A stretch of 64,000 nucleotides of DNA from an uncultured Gemmatimonadaceae bacterium (GTDB lineage Bacteria; Gemmatimonadota; Gemmatimonadetes; Gemmatimonadales; Gemmatimonadaceae): NCBI GenBank assembly GCA_963822945.1, contig CAWGJO010000020.1:704001-768000 (forward strand), read 5' to 3'. A program made the translations under genes and the position numbers. Below, piece after piece: positions 9,278-18,609 of this stretch; position 1 is the first letter of the stretch, and every line of letters begins with the position of its first letter. The notes below the pieces were generated by a model. The model was not told where the DNA came from, searched no databases, and was given only the letters and a program-made list of their open reading frames with translations.

Positions 9278-10873
9278 ATGAGCCGCTCCCGAAAATTCGC
9301 CGTCGCAGCCGCCCTCCTCATTCCGGCCCTCGCCGGGGGATTCGTTCTGGAATCCCACGCCAAAGGCGGCGGTGCGCTGTTACTGGACCAGGTGCTCTCA
9401 CTGGTTTCGGACCGCTACGTGGATTCGCTCCCCCCGGGGAACGTCTACGAGAAGGCGGCCACGGGCCTCGTGCGTGAGCTGAACGATCCATACAGCCAGC
9501 TCTTCACGCCCGAAGAGATGAAGAACTTCACCACCAATACCAGCGGCCACTACGGTGGTATTGGGATGCAGATCGAGAGCCAGAACGGGATCGTCACCGT
9601 CAGCAAGGTTTTCCCCAACACCCCCGCCGAGGCCGCCGGTGTGATCGAGGGCGATCAGATTCTCGGCGTGGACACGCTGTCCGCGCGCGGCTGGTCGCTC
9701 ACCCAGACCTCGGACTACCTCACCGGCACACCGGGCACCAAGGTGAAGGTCCGGTTCGGACGTCCCGGGGTGTCGCAGCCGATCACGATCGAATTCACCC
9801 GCGCAGTGATTCACGTGCCGGCCGTGCCGTACTCGCTCATGCTGGCCGGCAACATCGGGTACATCCCACTCCAACAGTTCAATGAGACGGCGGCCCGCGA
9901 CGTGGCCGAGGCCGCGCGCGCGCTGAAGAAGCAGGGTGCGCGCGGCATCATCCTCGACGAGCGCGGCAATCCCGGCGGGTACGTGGACCAGAGTCTCCAT
10001 CTGAGCGAGCTCTTCCTGAAGCCCGGCAAGGAGATTCTTTCCGTGCGGACTCGCACAGGGCCGCCGCAGGTGGACTCGACAGAGGGCACGCCCGAGTTCG
10101 GCTCGGTGCCACTGATCGTGCTCACCGACGGGTCCACCGCGTCCGCTGCGGAGATCGTCGCCGGCGCGTTGCAGGACCACGATCGCGCGCTGATCGTCGG
10201 ACAGACCTCGTTCGGCAAGGGACTGGTGCAGTCGGTGTTCCCGCTGGACGACGGGTACGCGCTCAAGCTGACGACCGGCAAATGGTACACGCCGAGCGGT
10301 CGTTCCATTCAGCGGGAGCGGAAGTTCGTGAACGGGCACTTCGTCCCGACTCCACCGGATTCGGCGGAGAGCGACCAGTCCAAGAAGAAGCGCCCGGCGT
10401 TCAAGTCGGACGATGGGCGCGTCGTCTACGGAGGCGGCGGGATCACGCCCGACGTCATCGTGCCCGACGACACACTGACCACGCCGGAGCAGCGGCTTGC
10501 CCGGGCGCTGGCGCCGAAGTCACAGGTCGTCTACGTCACCCTGTATGCGTTCGCGCTCGACCTGTCGCACCACCTGGAGCGCGGCTTCACGTACCAGCCG
10601 GCGTGGCGCGCCGATTTCATCAAGCGGCTGACCGCCAAGGGAGTGGACGTCGACCCCAAGCTGTACGCCGCCGCCCCGCAGTACCTGGACCGGCTGATCG
10701 AAGATCGCGTATCGCGATTCGTGGAAGGCGATTCCACGGCGAAGCGGCGCGAACTGCGGTACGACGCACCGCTCGAACGTGCCATTCAGTTGATGGAGAA
10801 GGCCCGGAACCAGCAGGATCTGTTCAGAGTCGCCGACGTGTTGCCGCCGGCGGCGCCCCCCAAGAAACCCTGA
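9278..10873 (+). CDS. S41 family C-terminal processing protease with PDZ domain
   Basis: LNDPYS, YGGIG, PDZ, ERGNPGG, TASAAEIVAGALQDHDRA, SFGKGLVQ, WYTPSGRSIQ, GGITPD. Confidence 0.95.
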   Translation: MSRSRKFAVAAALLIPALAGGFVLESHAKGGGALLLDQVLSLVSDRYVDSLPPGNVYEKAATGLVRELNDPYSQLFTPEEMKNFTTNTSGHYGGIGMQIESQNGIVTVSKVFPNTPAEAAGVIEGDQILGVDTLSARGWSLTQTSDYLTGTPGTKVKVRFGRPGVSQPITIEFTRAVIHVPAVPYSLMLAGNIGYIPLQQFNETAARDVAEAARALKKQGARGIILDERGNPGGYVDQSLHLSELFLKPGKEILSVRTRTGPPQVDSTEGTPEFGSVPLIVLTDGSTASAAEIVAGALQDHDRALIVGQTSFGKGLVQSVFPLDDGYALKLTTGKWYTPSGRSIQRERKFVNGHFVPTPPDSAESDQSKKKRPAFKSDDGRVVYGGGGITPDVIVPDDTLTTPEQRLARALAPKSQVVYVTLYAFALDLSHHLERGFTYQPAWRADFIKRLTAKGVDVDPKLYAAAPQYLDRLIEDRVSRFVEGDSTAKRRELRYDAPLERAIQLMEKARNQQDLFRVADVLPPAAPPKKP

Positions 10874-10881
10874 GGTCCCCC

Positions 10882-11925
10882 ATGCGGCCGTCCCGGATTG
10901 CCGCCGTCGCGTTGGCGACGGCGGCCCTTGCCTGTGCCCACCAGAACTCAGTCGTCACCGTGGCCCCGTTCCCGGGCGAGCACCACCTGACCAACATCCG
11001 CCAACTCACGTTCGGCGGCGAGAACGCCGAGGCGTATTTCAGCAGCGACGGCCAGCGCCTCATCTTCCAGTCCACGCGCGACGGGCGGACCTGCGACCAG
11101 CAGTTCGTCATGAACGTCGACGGCTCCAACGTCCACCGCGTGTCCACCGGCACCGGCAAGACCACGTGCGGCTACTTCTTCGGTAACGACCGGAAGATCT
11201 TCTTCGCGTCCACCCATGCCGTCGACACGACCTGCCCGCCGCGTCCCGATCCGTCCAAGGGATACGTCTGGCGCCTCGACCCATTCGACATCTACACGGC
11301 CAATGCCGACGGCAGCGGCCTCGAGCGGCTCACCAAGTACGGCGTGTACACCGCCGAGGGGACGCTCTCGCCCGATGGGCAGTCCATCGTCTTCACGTCG
11401 CTCAAGGACGGCGACCTCGATATCTACACGATGAAGATCGACGGGAGCGACGTGAAACGGTTGACGGATACGCCGGGCTATGACGGCGGCCCCTTCTATT
11501 CCCCCGATGGCACCAAGATCGTCTACCGGGCCTGGCATCCGGCGGACACGGCGCTCACCAACTATCAGAAGTTGCTCCACGAAGGTCTGGTGCGGCCCAA
11601 CCGGATGGAGATCTGGGTGATGAACGCCGACGGCAGTGACCAGCACCAGGTGACCTCGCTGGGCGGTGCCAACTTCGCGCCGTACTTCACGCCCGACGGC
11701 AAGCGGATCATCTTCGCGTCGAACTACAAGAACCCGCACAGCCGGAACTTCGATCTATATCTCGTGAACCTCGACGGCTCCGGGCTCGAGCAGGTGACGA
11801 CGCATCCGGAGTTCGACGGTTTTCCGATGTTCAGCCCCGACGGCAGGCAGCTCGTCTGGGCCTCGGACCGGCACGGCGAGAACCTCGGCGAGACCGACAT
11901 CTTCGTCGCCGACTGGGTGCCCTGA
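10882..11925 (+). CDS. TolB-like beta-propeller (PD40 repeats), probable lipoprotein
   Basis: Signal ending ALAC; repeated FS/SPDG..I.F motifs (GENAEAYFS, YDGGPFYSPDG, FDGFPMFSPDG). Confidence 0.85.
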   Translation: MRPSRIAAVALATAALACAHQNSVVTVAPFPGEHHLTNIRQLTFGGENAEAYFSSDGQRLIFQSTRDGRTCDQQFVMNVDGSNVHRVSTGTGKTTCGYFFGNDRKIFFASTHAVDTTCPPRPDPSKGYVWRLDPFDIYTANADGSGLERLTKYGVYTAEGTLSPDGQSIVFTSLKDGDLDIYTMKIDGSDVKRLTDTPGYDGGPFYSPDGTKIVYRAWHPADTALTNYQKLLHEGLVRPNRMEIWVMNADGSDQHQVTSLGGANFAPYFTPDGKRIIFASNYKNPHSRNFDLYLVNLDGSGLEQVTTHPEFDGFPMFSPDGRQLVWASDRHGENLGETDIFVADWVP

Positions 11926-12183
11926 ACGGCCGTCGGGATCCGGAGCGGCCGCCGCCGACTCGTCGGCACCGTTCCGGGACTGTGACGATCCGAACCCGCG
12001 GCGTGTTGGTCGCGCTGAACGGATCGCAAAAACCGGACGGAACGAGACCGCGTGTCGCGTATCTGAACGTTGCCTATAAACTAGACACGCGTCACCTTGT
12101 TGGCTGCCGTTCGACGGATTGCTGAGTCGGCGGCTCGCTCGGTGCGACGCGGCGCCGAGCCTCTTCACACAAGTCCGGCACCG

Positions 12184-13707
12184 ATGGTCTTCGGCATCAG
12201 CGTCGTCGCGGCAATCGTCGCACTTCTCGCCACGCGCTGGCTAGCGCGCATCGCGCCGAGTCAGCGCGAGCCGAGTGTCGTCCCGATCACGTATCGCCCC
12301 GGCTCCGCCCCCCCGGTTCCTCGGGTGGGCGGTGTCGCCGTCTTCGTGGCCGCGCTCGTAGCCCTGGGCATTGCGGCCGCAGTTGGCGTTCCGGGAACGG
12401 GGGCGATACTTCGGCAGCCCGGCCTGTACGGTGGGATATTCGGTGGCGTCTCGCTGTTGCTCGCGGTGGGGCTCGCGGACGATTTCCTCGACCTCTCTCC
12501 CGCCATCAAGCTGCTCGCGCAGGGTCTGGCGGCGATGTTCGCGATTTCGGGCGGCCTCACGCTGCCGTTCGTGCAACTCGGCCCCCACACGACGATCACG
12601 CTCGGATGGGTGGGCATCCCGGTCACGCTGTTCTGGATCATCGCCGTTACCAACGCGTTCAACTTCATCGACGGGCTCGACGGCCTCGCGACGAGCATCG
12701 GCGTCGTCGGGTTCGGCGCGACCCTCGTCTCGGCGGCGATCCTCGGGCACTCGGATATCGTCATTCTCACCGCGGTGCTCATCGGCGCATTGCTGGGGTT
12801 CCTGCGGTACAATTTCGCGCCGGCCCGGATCTACCTGGGTGATTGCGGCAGTCTCCTCATCGGTTATCTGCTCGCCACGCTGTCGGTGGTCGGGGCGACC
12901 TCGAGCGCGAATACCGTGCTCGTTTACGCGCCCCTGTTCACCCTCGCGCTACCGCTCCTCGACGGCACCGTGGCCATCGTCCGCCGCTGGCTGCGGCACA
13001 TGCCCGTCTGGAAGGGCGACCATCGCCATATTCACCACCGTGTGCAGGCGCTGGGGTTGAGCCGCCGGCAGACGGTGGGCGTGCTGGCCGGGACGGCAGT
13101 CATGTTTGCACTCGCCGGGTTGCTCACGTCCTTCGCGGCACCGAAGCTGTTCGAGACGACGGTTCTGCTCACGGTGCTGGTGACCGCCGGCGTCGCGGTG
13201 CTTGGACTCCGCCGGCTCGACTACTACGAATTCCGCGCCGTGCGCACGGCGTGGCGTCACCGGCCCAATTCCTGGCGGCGCTTCGTGCGCGAGGAGATCC
13301 GCATGCGGGACGCCGAACGCGAGTTGGCGACGGCGCGGGATCTGAACGAACTGCGCACCGGTCTCGATCGCTGCGCGCTGGCGTTCGGGCTCGATCGCAT
13401 CGAGATTTCACGACAACGTCCCCGACCTCGCCGGTCCTGGCGAGGGGAGCACCTCGATGTTCCGGCGGGCGTTTTCGATTCCAGTGGCACCGACCCGTGG
13501 ATCCTTCGCGTCTGGCATGGCGAGTATGATTCCCCGCGACCCGACCTCGTACAGCGCGTCGCCCACGTGCTGGCCGGCGCCTGCGGCCTCTGGTTGCGAG
13601 ACTATGGCCTCGCGGGCACGCCGGCGTGGACCGTGGCCGCCGCCCGCCATCCGTCGCACGAGGGGCCGACGCTCCCGCGGGGACGTCGCCAACTCGCCAA
13701 GGCATAA
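12184..13707 (+). CDS. WecA/MraY-family polyprenyl-phosphate N-acetylhexosamine-1-phosphate transferase with C-terminal soluble extension
   Basis: VPRVGGVAVF, GLADD, NAFNFIDGLDGL, GFLRYNFAPARIYLGDCGS, GDHRHIHHR; multiple TM helices. Confidence 0.9.
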   Translation: MVFGISVVAAIVALLATRWLARIAPSQREPSVVPITYRPGSAPPVPRVGGVAVFVAALVALGIAAAVGVPGTGAILRQPGLYGGIFGGVSLLLAVGLADDFLDLSPAIKLLAQGLAAMFAISGGLTLPFVQLGPHTTITLGWVGIPVTLFWIIAVTNAFNFIDGLDGLATSIGVVGFGATLVSAAILGHSDIVILTAVLIGALLGFLRYNFAPARIYLGDCGSLLIGYLLATLSVVGATSSANTVLVYAPLFTLALPLLDGTVAIVRRWLRHMPVWKGDHRHIHHRVQALGLSRRQTVGVLAGTAVMFALAGLLTSFAAPKLFETTVLLTVLVTAGVAVLGLRRLDYYEFRAVRTAWRHRPNSWRRFVREEIRMRDAERELATARDLNELRTGLDRCALAFGLDRIEISRQRPRPRRSWRGEHLDVPAGVFDSSGTDPWILRVWHGEYDSPRPDLVQRVAHVLAGACGLWLRDYGLAGTPAWTVAAARHPSHEGPTLPRGRRQLAKA

Positions 13708-13713
13708 TCCGCC

Positions 13714-14025
13714 ATGTCGCGGGAGCCGGACGTGATCCCGCTCACGCTCGCGTCGCGAGTCTCGGCGGCGCCCGACCTGATGGCCAGTGATCTGGCCGGC
13801 GAAATGGTGCTGCTGAATCTCGCCGACGGCGTATACTACGGTCTGGATGCGGTGGGGGCACACGTCTGGCGATTGCTCGACCAGCCCCGTACCGTGCGCG
13901 CAGTCGTGGACGACGTCGTCGCGCTGTATCACGTGGACCGGACTCGGTGCGAGAATGACGTACTCACATTTCTCGAGGACCTCAGCGCGCACGGTCTGGT
14001 GGTCGTCGCGGCCGACGAGCCGTGA
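13714..14025 (+). CDS. PqqD-family RiPP recognition element (lasso B1)
   Basis: SDLAGEMVLLNLADGVYYGLDAVGAHVWRLL..P.TV..Y.VD...C..DV..FL..L...GL. Confidence 0.92.
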   Translation: MSREPDVIPLTLASRVSAAPDLMASDLAGEMVLLNLADGVYYGLDAVGAHVWRLLDQPRTVRAVVDDVVALYHVDRTRCENDVLTFLEDLSAHGLVVVAADEP

Positions 14026-14052
14026 CGCGACCGCACTCGCGGTGAGTCCGCG

Positions 14053-15942
14053 GTGAGCGGATTCGTCGGACTCCTGGCCGGCGAGGGCGACGCCGTCGAT
14101 CCGCTCCTGCTGCACCGCCTCACCGACGGACTCTCGTACTTCGCGCCGGACGGCACCGCCGCGCGCACCAGCGGTCGCATCGGCCTCGGCTTTGCCGAGA
14201 GCCGGCACACGCCCGCGCACGCCGGCCAGCGTCCCCCACCGGTCTCGATGCCGGCCACCGACGACCGGGGCACGTGGGCCGTGGCCGATGCGAGCTTCAC
14301 CCAGCGCGACCGACTGGTGCGCGAACTCGGTGCCGTAGGACTCCGCCTCGACTCCGATGCCGGTGAGGCACAGCTCCTCCTCGCGGCTTATCGAGCCTGG
14401 GGAACGCGATGCGTCGAACACCTGCACGGCGACTTCGCCTTCGCCCTGTGGGACGACGTCCGCCACCGCCTCGTGCTCGGCCGCGATCGATTCGGCGTCG
14501 CACCGCTCTACTACGCGCACGCCGGCAGCACGCTCCTGTTCTCCAATTCGCTCGACCTCGTCCGCGCGCACCCGCTCGTCTCGTCCGCGTTGGACCCGGC
14601 CGCGATCGGGGACTTTCTCCGCATGGGCTCGAACACCGACCTCGCGACCACGGTCTTCAGCGCCGTCCGCTGCGTGCCGCCGGCCCACGTGCTCGTCGTC
14701 ACCGACGCCGCCACCCGGCTGACCCGCTACTGGGACCTGCCGACCGGTACCGCACTCGCCAACGCGCGCGTGGAGGAGTACGCCGAGCAGTTCTTCACCG
14801 TGCTTCAGGACGCCGTGGCCGATCGGCTTCTCGGACTCGACGATGCCGTGTTGTTCATGAGCGGCGGGCGTGACTCGACCGCCATCGCCGCCGCGGCGCG
14901 GTCGATCGTTCGCGGCCACCCCCCCGAACTGCACGCGGTGACGGCCGTATTCGACTATGCCCTGCCGGATCAGGAGCGGGAATACGCCGCCCTCGCCGCC
15001 GGTGCGCTGGACCTTCCGGTGGAGTTCGTGGCCCAGGATGAGTACCGGTGGTTCGAGGAGTGGGAGCGCGACGACCTCTGGCGTCCGGAACCGGTCGAGG
15101 CCCCGCTCCTGGCAGCCGAAACCGATTTCACCGCGCTCGCCGCGACCCGCGCCCGGGTGGCGCTCACGGGAGAAGGTGGCGACGCGGTGCTTCGCGAGCG
15201 GGAGTCGCATCTCGCGCGTCTGCTCATGGCGGGACGGTGGATCCGGGCCGGCATGGAGTCGCTGACGTACGTGCGCTGGCACCGTCGATTCCCACGGCCA
15301 GGATTCCGGCGGTTGCGCGCCCGCCGGCTGGGACTGGCATCGGTGCACCCCCCCGTTCCGCCCTGGTTGCGCCGGGACCTGATCGCGAGCGCCGGCCTGC
15401 AAGAGCGGTGGGCTGCTCTCGAATTCGAGGAGCGTCGCATCCCCGAGCCCGGCGCGTTGCGACCGGAGGCCTACACCAGACTCCGCTCCGGATTCTGGCC
15501 GCGGGGGTTCGAGGCGGAGCATCCGGCAGCCACCGGAATTCCACTGACCACGCGCCACCCCTATTTCGACGAGCGCGTGGTGGAATTCCTGCTCTCGCTG
15601 CCACCGGTGCAATGGGCCAACGACAAGGGAATTCTCGTGGCCGCGATGCGTGGCCGCCTGCCCGATCGTGTGCGGCTCCGGGGAAAGACACCGCTCGTCG
15701 GCGACGGCTACGAGATCGCGTTTGCTGCCGCCGGTCATGTGCGGCCGACACGTGAGGATTTTTGTGAGGAAGCCCTCGAGTACATCGATCCGGACGCACT
15801 TTTCGATCGGACGGCGGAGATGGACGCGTCCGATTCGTGGGATTGGACTCGGGCCTACAGCCTCTCGCTCTGGCTGTCGCGACGGACCGCGGGACGCGGG
15901 CTTCAACGCGCCGTCGCCGCGGCCCAACCCGATGCCCCGTGA
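14053..15942 (+). CDS. Asparagine-synthetase-like lasso peptide cyclase (C protein)
   Basis: Starts (M)SGFVG, lacking the catalytic Cys of AsnB; LHGDFAFALWD, RDRFGVAPLYY, SGGRDS PP-loop, LTGEGGD, RHPYFDERVVEF; between the RRE and the precursor. Confidence 0.88.
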   Translation: MSGFVGLLAGEGDAVDPLLLHRLTDGLSYFAPDGTAARTSGRIGLGFAESRHTPAHAGQRPPPVSMPATDDRGTWAVADASFTQRDRLVRELGAVGLRLDSDAGEAQLLLAAYRAWGTRCVEHLHGDFAFALWDDVRHRLVLGRDRFGVAPLYYAHAGSTLLFSNSLDLVRAHPLVSSALDPAAIGDFLRMGSNTDLATTVFSAVRCVPPAHVLVVTDAATRLTRYWDLPTGTALANARVEEYAEQFFTVLQDAVADRLLGLDDAVLFMSGGRDSTAIAAAARSIVRGHPPELHAVTAVFDYALPDQEREYAALAAGALDLPVEFVAQDEYRWFEEWERDDLWRPEPVEAPLLAAETDFTALAATRARVALTGEGGDAVLRERESHLARLLMAGRWIRAGMESLTYVRWHRRFPRPGFRRLRARRLGLASVHPPVPPWLRRDLIASAGLQERWAALEFEERRIPEPGALRPEAYTRLRSGFWPRGFEAEHPAATGIPLTTRHPYFDERVVEFLLSLPPVQWANDKGILVAAMRGRLPDRVRLRGKTPLVGDGYEIAFAAAGHVRPTREDFCEEALEYIDPDALFDRTAEMDASDSWDWTRAYSLSLWLSRRTAGRGLQRAVAAAQPDAP

Positions 15943-15983
15943 CCAGGAGCGCGGCATGTGACACCCGTCATGGCACGTATAGG

Positions 15984-16012
15984 GTGCAAAAGTCTATTGG
16001 CATTCATATACT
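15984..16012 (+). promoter_or_regulatory. Candidate internal promoter for the precursor gene
   Basis: GTGCAA (15984-15989), 17 bp, TATACT (16007-16012) in an AT-rich patch. Confidence 0.5.
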
Positions 16013-16072
16013 TGCGCCGTGGCGACCGCACGCCGCCCCCAAGGCCTTCCGCGCTTCTCGATGAGACGCACC

Positions 16073-16279
16073 ATGAAACCGAGTACTGACGATTCGATCA
16101 AACACGCGAATGCGACACAGGCGTCATCACCCGTCGGTCGTCATTCCGTGAGCCCGGACGCCGACACCTATGTGCCGCCGCGTCTGCTCGTCTACGGGGT
16201 GGTCCGCGACCTCACGGCCTCGGGAGGCCGCGTGGGCAAGCACGACAAGGCGGTCAAGCACTCGCGGACCGGCTTCTAG
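16073..16279 (+). CDS. Lasso peptide precursor; predicted core SGGRVGKHDKAVKHSRTGF (16220-16276)
   Basis: Leader YVPPRLLVYGVVRDLTA matches YxxPxL...GxxxxxT(-2); core starts with Ser and has Asp at position 9; alternative in-frame ATG at 16061. Confidence 0.85.
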   Translation: MKPSTDDSIKHANATQASSPVGRHSVSPDADTYVPPRLLVYGVVRDLTASGGRVGKHDKAVKHSRTGF

Positions 16280-16288
16280 CCTGAGCGT

Positions 16289-16308
16289 CGAACGCGCCGT
16301 CGCGTTCG
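16289..16308 (+). other. Stem-loop directly after the precursor stop
   Basis: CGAACGCG-ccgt-CGCGTTCG, perfect 8-bp stem, no U-tract. Confidence 0.45.
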
Positions 16309-16364
16309 CCGGCCCCGGTGCCCTGTCGGGGAAGGAGCACGCAGCGTATCGTGCGCGCATCACC

Positions 16365-17348
16365 ATGGCGTCCTTCCATTCCCGCGCGTTCGGACTGCGC
16401 ATCGAATCCGATGCCCGCATTGCGGGCCTGCCGGCCGCGGCCGATGAAGCGCCGGCTGAGCTCCGGATTCACATGGGATCGTTGCCCGATACCTTCGATC
16501 CGGCCGACCCCGCAATTCGAGAAGTCTGGCATTCGGAGCCGAACGCCGGCGACGACGCGGATGCCGTCGCGCTGTTCGCCACGGACGACGGCGAGTGGCT
16601 GGTCCTGCTGTATGCCGACGGCACGCGTTTCGTGCTCGGGCACGCGGGCACCGAGATCTGGGCGACCTGGCCCGCCACGAGCTCCGAGGCGTCGACGGCG
16701 ACCTACCTGCTCGGGCCCGTCATCGGATTCGTACTCCGGCTGCGCGGACTCACCTGCTTCCACGCCAGCAGTGTCGTCATCGCCGGCCGGGCGATTCTCA
16801 TGCTCGGACCCGCCGGCATCGGCAAGTCGTCGATAGCGGCCGCGCTCGCACTGCGCGGGCATCGCGTGATCGGCGACGACATCGCCGTCGTGCGCCGGCA
16901 GAACGATCAGTGGGTCGTTGCCGCGGCGGTTCCCGGTGTGCGGCTGTGGGACGACATGGTGGAAACACTGCTCGGGCGGGCGGATGCTCTCCCGCTCCTG
17001 ACGCCCGGATGGGAGAAGCGCCAGCTGGACCTTCGCGATGCGCCGGCCGGGTTTGCGTCCGACGCCGCGGTTCCCCTCGGGGCCATCTACGCCCTCTCCA
17101 CGTCCGGCCCGGACGCGGAGCGCCTGCGCGGCCGGGAGGCGCTCCTCGCGCTGGTCGCGAACACGTACGCGAACGTACTGCTGACGCCGCAGATGCGTCG
17201 TGCGGAGTTCGCCGAACTCTCGTCGCTCGTTCAACGGGTGCCGGTGTGGCGGGTCGGCGTTCCCGACAGGTCGCAGGGGCTCGACGCATTCTGTGCATGC
17301 ATCGAGGCCGCGGGCGAGTCCTCGGACTACGGTCCCGGACTGCCATGA
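16365..17348 (+). CDS. HPr-kinase-like P-loop kinase (lasso peptide kinase type)
   Basis: YLLGPVIG, FHASSV, Walker A GPAGIGKS, IGDD, PLGAIYAL. Confidence 0.85.
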   Translation: MASFHSRAFGLRIESDARIAGLPAAADEAPAELRIHMGSLPDTFDPADPAIREVWHSEPNAGDDADAVALFATDDGEWLVLLYADGTRFVLGHAGTEIWATWPATSSEASTATYLLGPVIGFVLRLRGLTCFHASSVVIAGRAILMLGPAGIGKSSIAAALALRGHRVIGDDIAVVRRQNDQWVVAAAVPGVRLWDDMVETLLGRADALPLLTPGWEKRQLDLRDAPAGFASDAAVPLGAIYALSTSGPDAERLRGREALLALVANTYANVLLTPQMRRAEFAELSSLVQRVPVWRVGVPDRSQGLDAFCACIEAAGESSDYGPGLP

Positions 17349-17385
17349 CGCACCCACGGGTCATCGTCTCGGGGTTCGAGAGCAC

Positions 17386-18609
17386 GTGAGCACCGCGCTC
17401 GTCGAGCCTGCCGGCAGGGTGGTGAACCTCTCCGCCACCCACCGCCTGCTTTGCGCGTGCGCGCGTCGCGCCGACGATGCGGACTTCCCACTTCTTGTGG
17501 CGGAAGACTCCTGGGAGTCGGTCGACTGGGGATCGTTCCCGGCGCTCCTCATCCGCCACGGCCTGCAGGCTCTGGCCGGCGCCCATCTGGCCGGCGCGCG
17601 TGACCGCATGCCCGAGTCGGTGTGGCGGGACATTCACGCCAGCGCGATGGCGGCCCGTGCGGAGGCGCTCGCTCTTGCATCCGAGCTGTTCAGAATCCTG
17701 GACTGCCTGGCCGCAGCCGGGGTGGACACGTTGCCTTACAAGGGGCCCCTGCTGGGATGGGAGGCATACGGCGACCTCGGCGCACGGCCATCGGTCGATC
17801 TCGATCTCCTGATATGTCCCGCCGACCTCGAGACCGCGACCGCTGCACTCCACGAGCTCGGCTACCAGCCCGAATATCACTTCTCACCCGCCGAGGAGCG
17901 CTGGTTTCGCCGAGTCGACGGTGACTACCCGTTCGATCACGGCGTCACCGGCCGTCTCGTCGAGCTTCACGTCCGCGCCCTGTCGCGACGGTTCGGGCCC
18001 GGGCCAACGACGCCGGAACTCCTTGCGCGCCGTCGCGTCCTGCCGGTGTCGGGTCTGCCCGTCGCCGTGCCCGACGTGGATGATCTCTTCTACCTGCAGG
18101 TCGTGCACGGCGCCAAGCACCGATGGGAGCGGCTGGAGTGGGTGGCCGCCACCGCCGGACTTCTGCGGCTCCGCGACGGCGACGTATCCGCGCTCCATGG
18201 CAGCCGTTACCCAAACGCGCGCGCCGTGTTGCTCGGATGCCGGCTGGCCCGTGATCTCCTGGGCGCGCCGGTCGACGCCGAAACCCTGGCGCGAATGGGC
18301 AACGACCCTATGATCGAACGACTCGCGGGCGACGCCGTCCGGCGCCTGTTCGACGATGCCCGAACGGCCGACGATGGGCCCGACACCACGGCCGCCAAGC
18401 TGTGGTTCAACTTCCGGCTGCAGCGCGGGGTGGTAGCACGAATCCGGTTCCTGTATCGCTGGGTCTTCTGGCCGTCTCCGGAAGACTGGGAGCGATTCCG
18501 GCTGCCGGACCCCATGTTCTTCGCGTACCGCCTGACACGCCCCCTCCGACTGTTCTGGCGATACGCGCGGCGGATTCCCCGTCACGAGACCCGGACGCGC
18601 CATGTCTGA
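17386..18609 (+). CDS. Nucleotidyltransferase family protein (NTP_transf_5-like)
   Basis: YKGPLLG..AYGD.GARPSVDLDLLI, VELH, VHGAKHRWERLEW; GTG start uncertain. Confidence 0.85.
   Translation: MSTALVEPAGRVVNLSATHRLLCACARRADDADFPLLVAEDSWESVDWGSFPALLIRHGLQALAGAHLAGARDRMPESVWRDIHASAMAARAEALALASELFRILDCLAAAGVDTLPYKGPLLGWEAYGDLGARPSVDLDLLICPADLETATAALHELGYQPEYHFSPAEERWFRRVDGDYPFDHGVTGRLVELHVRALSRRFGPGPTTPELLARRRVLPVSGLPVAVPDVDDLFYLQVVHGAKHRWERLEWVAATAGLLRLRDGDVSALHGSRYPNARAVLLGCRLARDLLGAPVDAETLARMGNDPMIERLAGDAVRRLFDDARTADDGPDTTAAKLWFNFRLQRGVVARIRFLYRWVFWPSPEDWERFRLPDPMFFAYRLTRPLRLFWRYARRIPRHETRTRHV

Noticed and set aside
9278..10873. S41 protease as substitute lasso leader peptidase
   Set aside because: Exported C-terminal protease in a separate transcription unit; leader removal is an N-terminal cytoplasmic step
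13714..14025. PQQ biosynthesis gene pqqD
   Set aside because: No pqqA/B/C/E or radical SAM enzyme in the window
14053..15942. Ordinary glutamine-dependent asparagine synthetase AsnB
   Set aside because: Lacks the N-terminal catalytic Cys and lies between an RRE and a lasso-type precursor
13408..15957. 849-aa ORF on the minus strand
   Set aside because: Antisense shadow of the RRE/cyclase genes; no family motifs; long shadow ORFs are expected at this GC content
15971..16016. Sigma54 promoter (two TGGCA motifs upstream of the precursor)
   Set aside because: Neither has TTGC at the required -12 spacing
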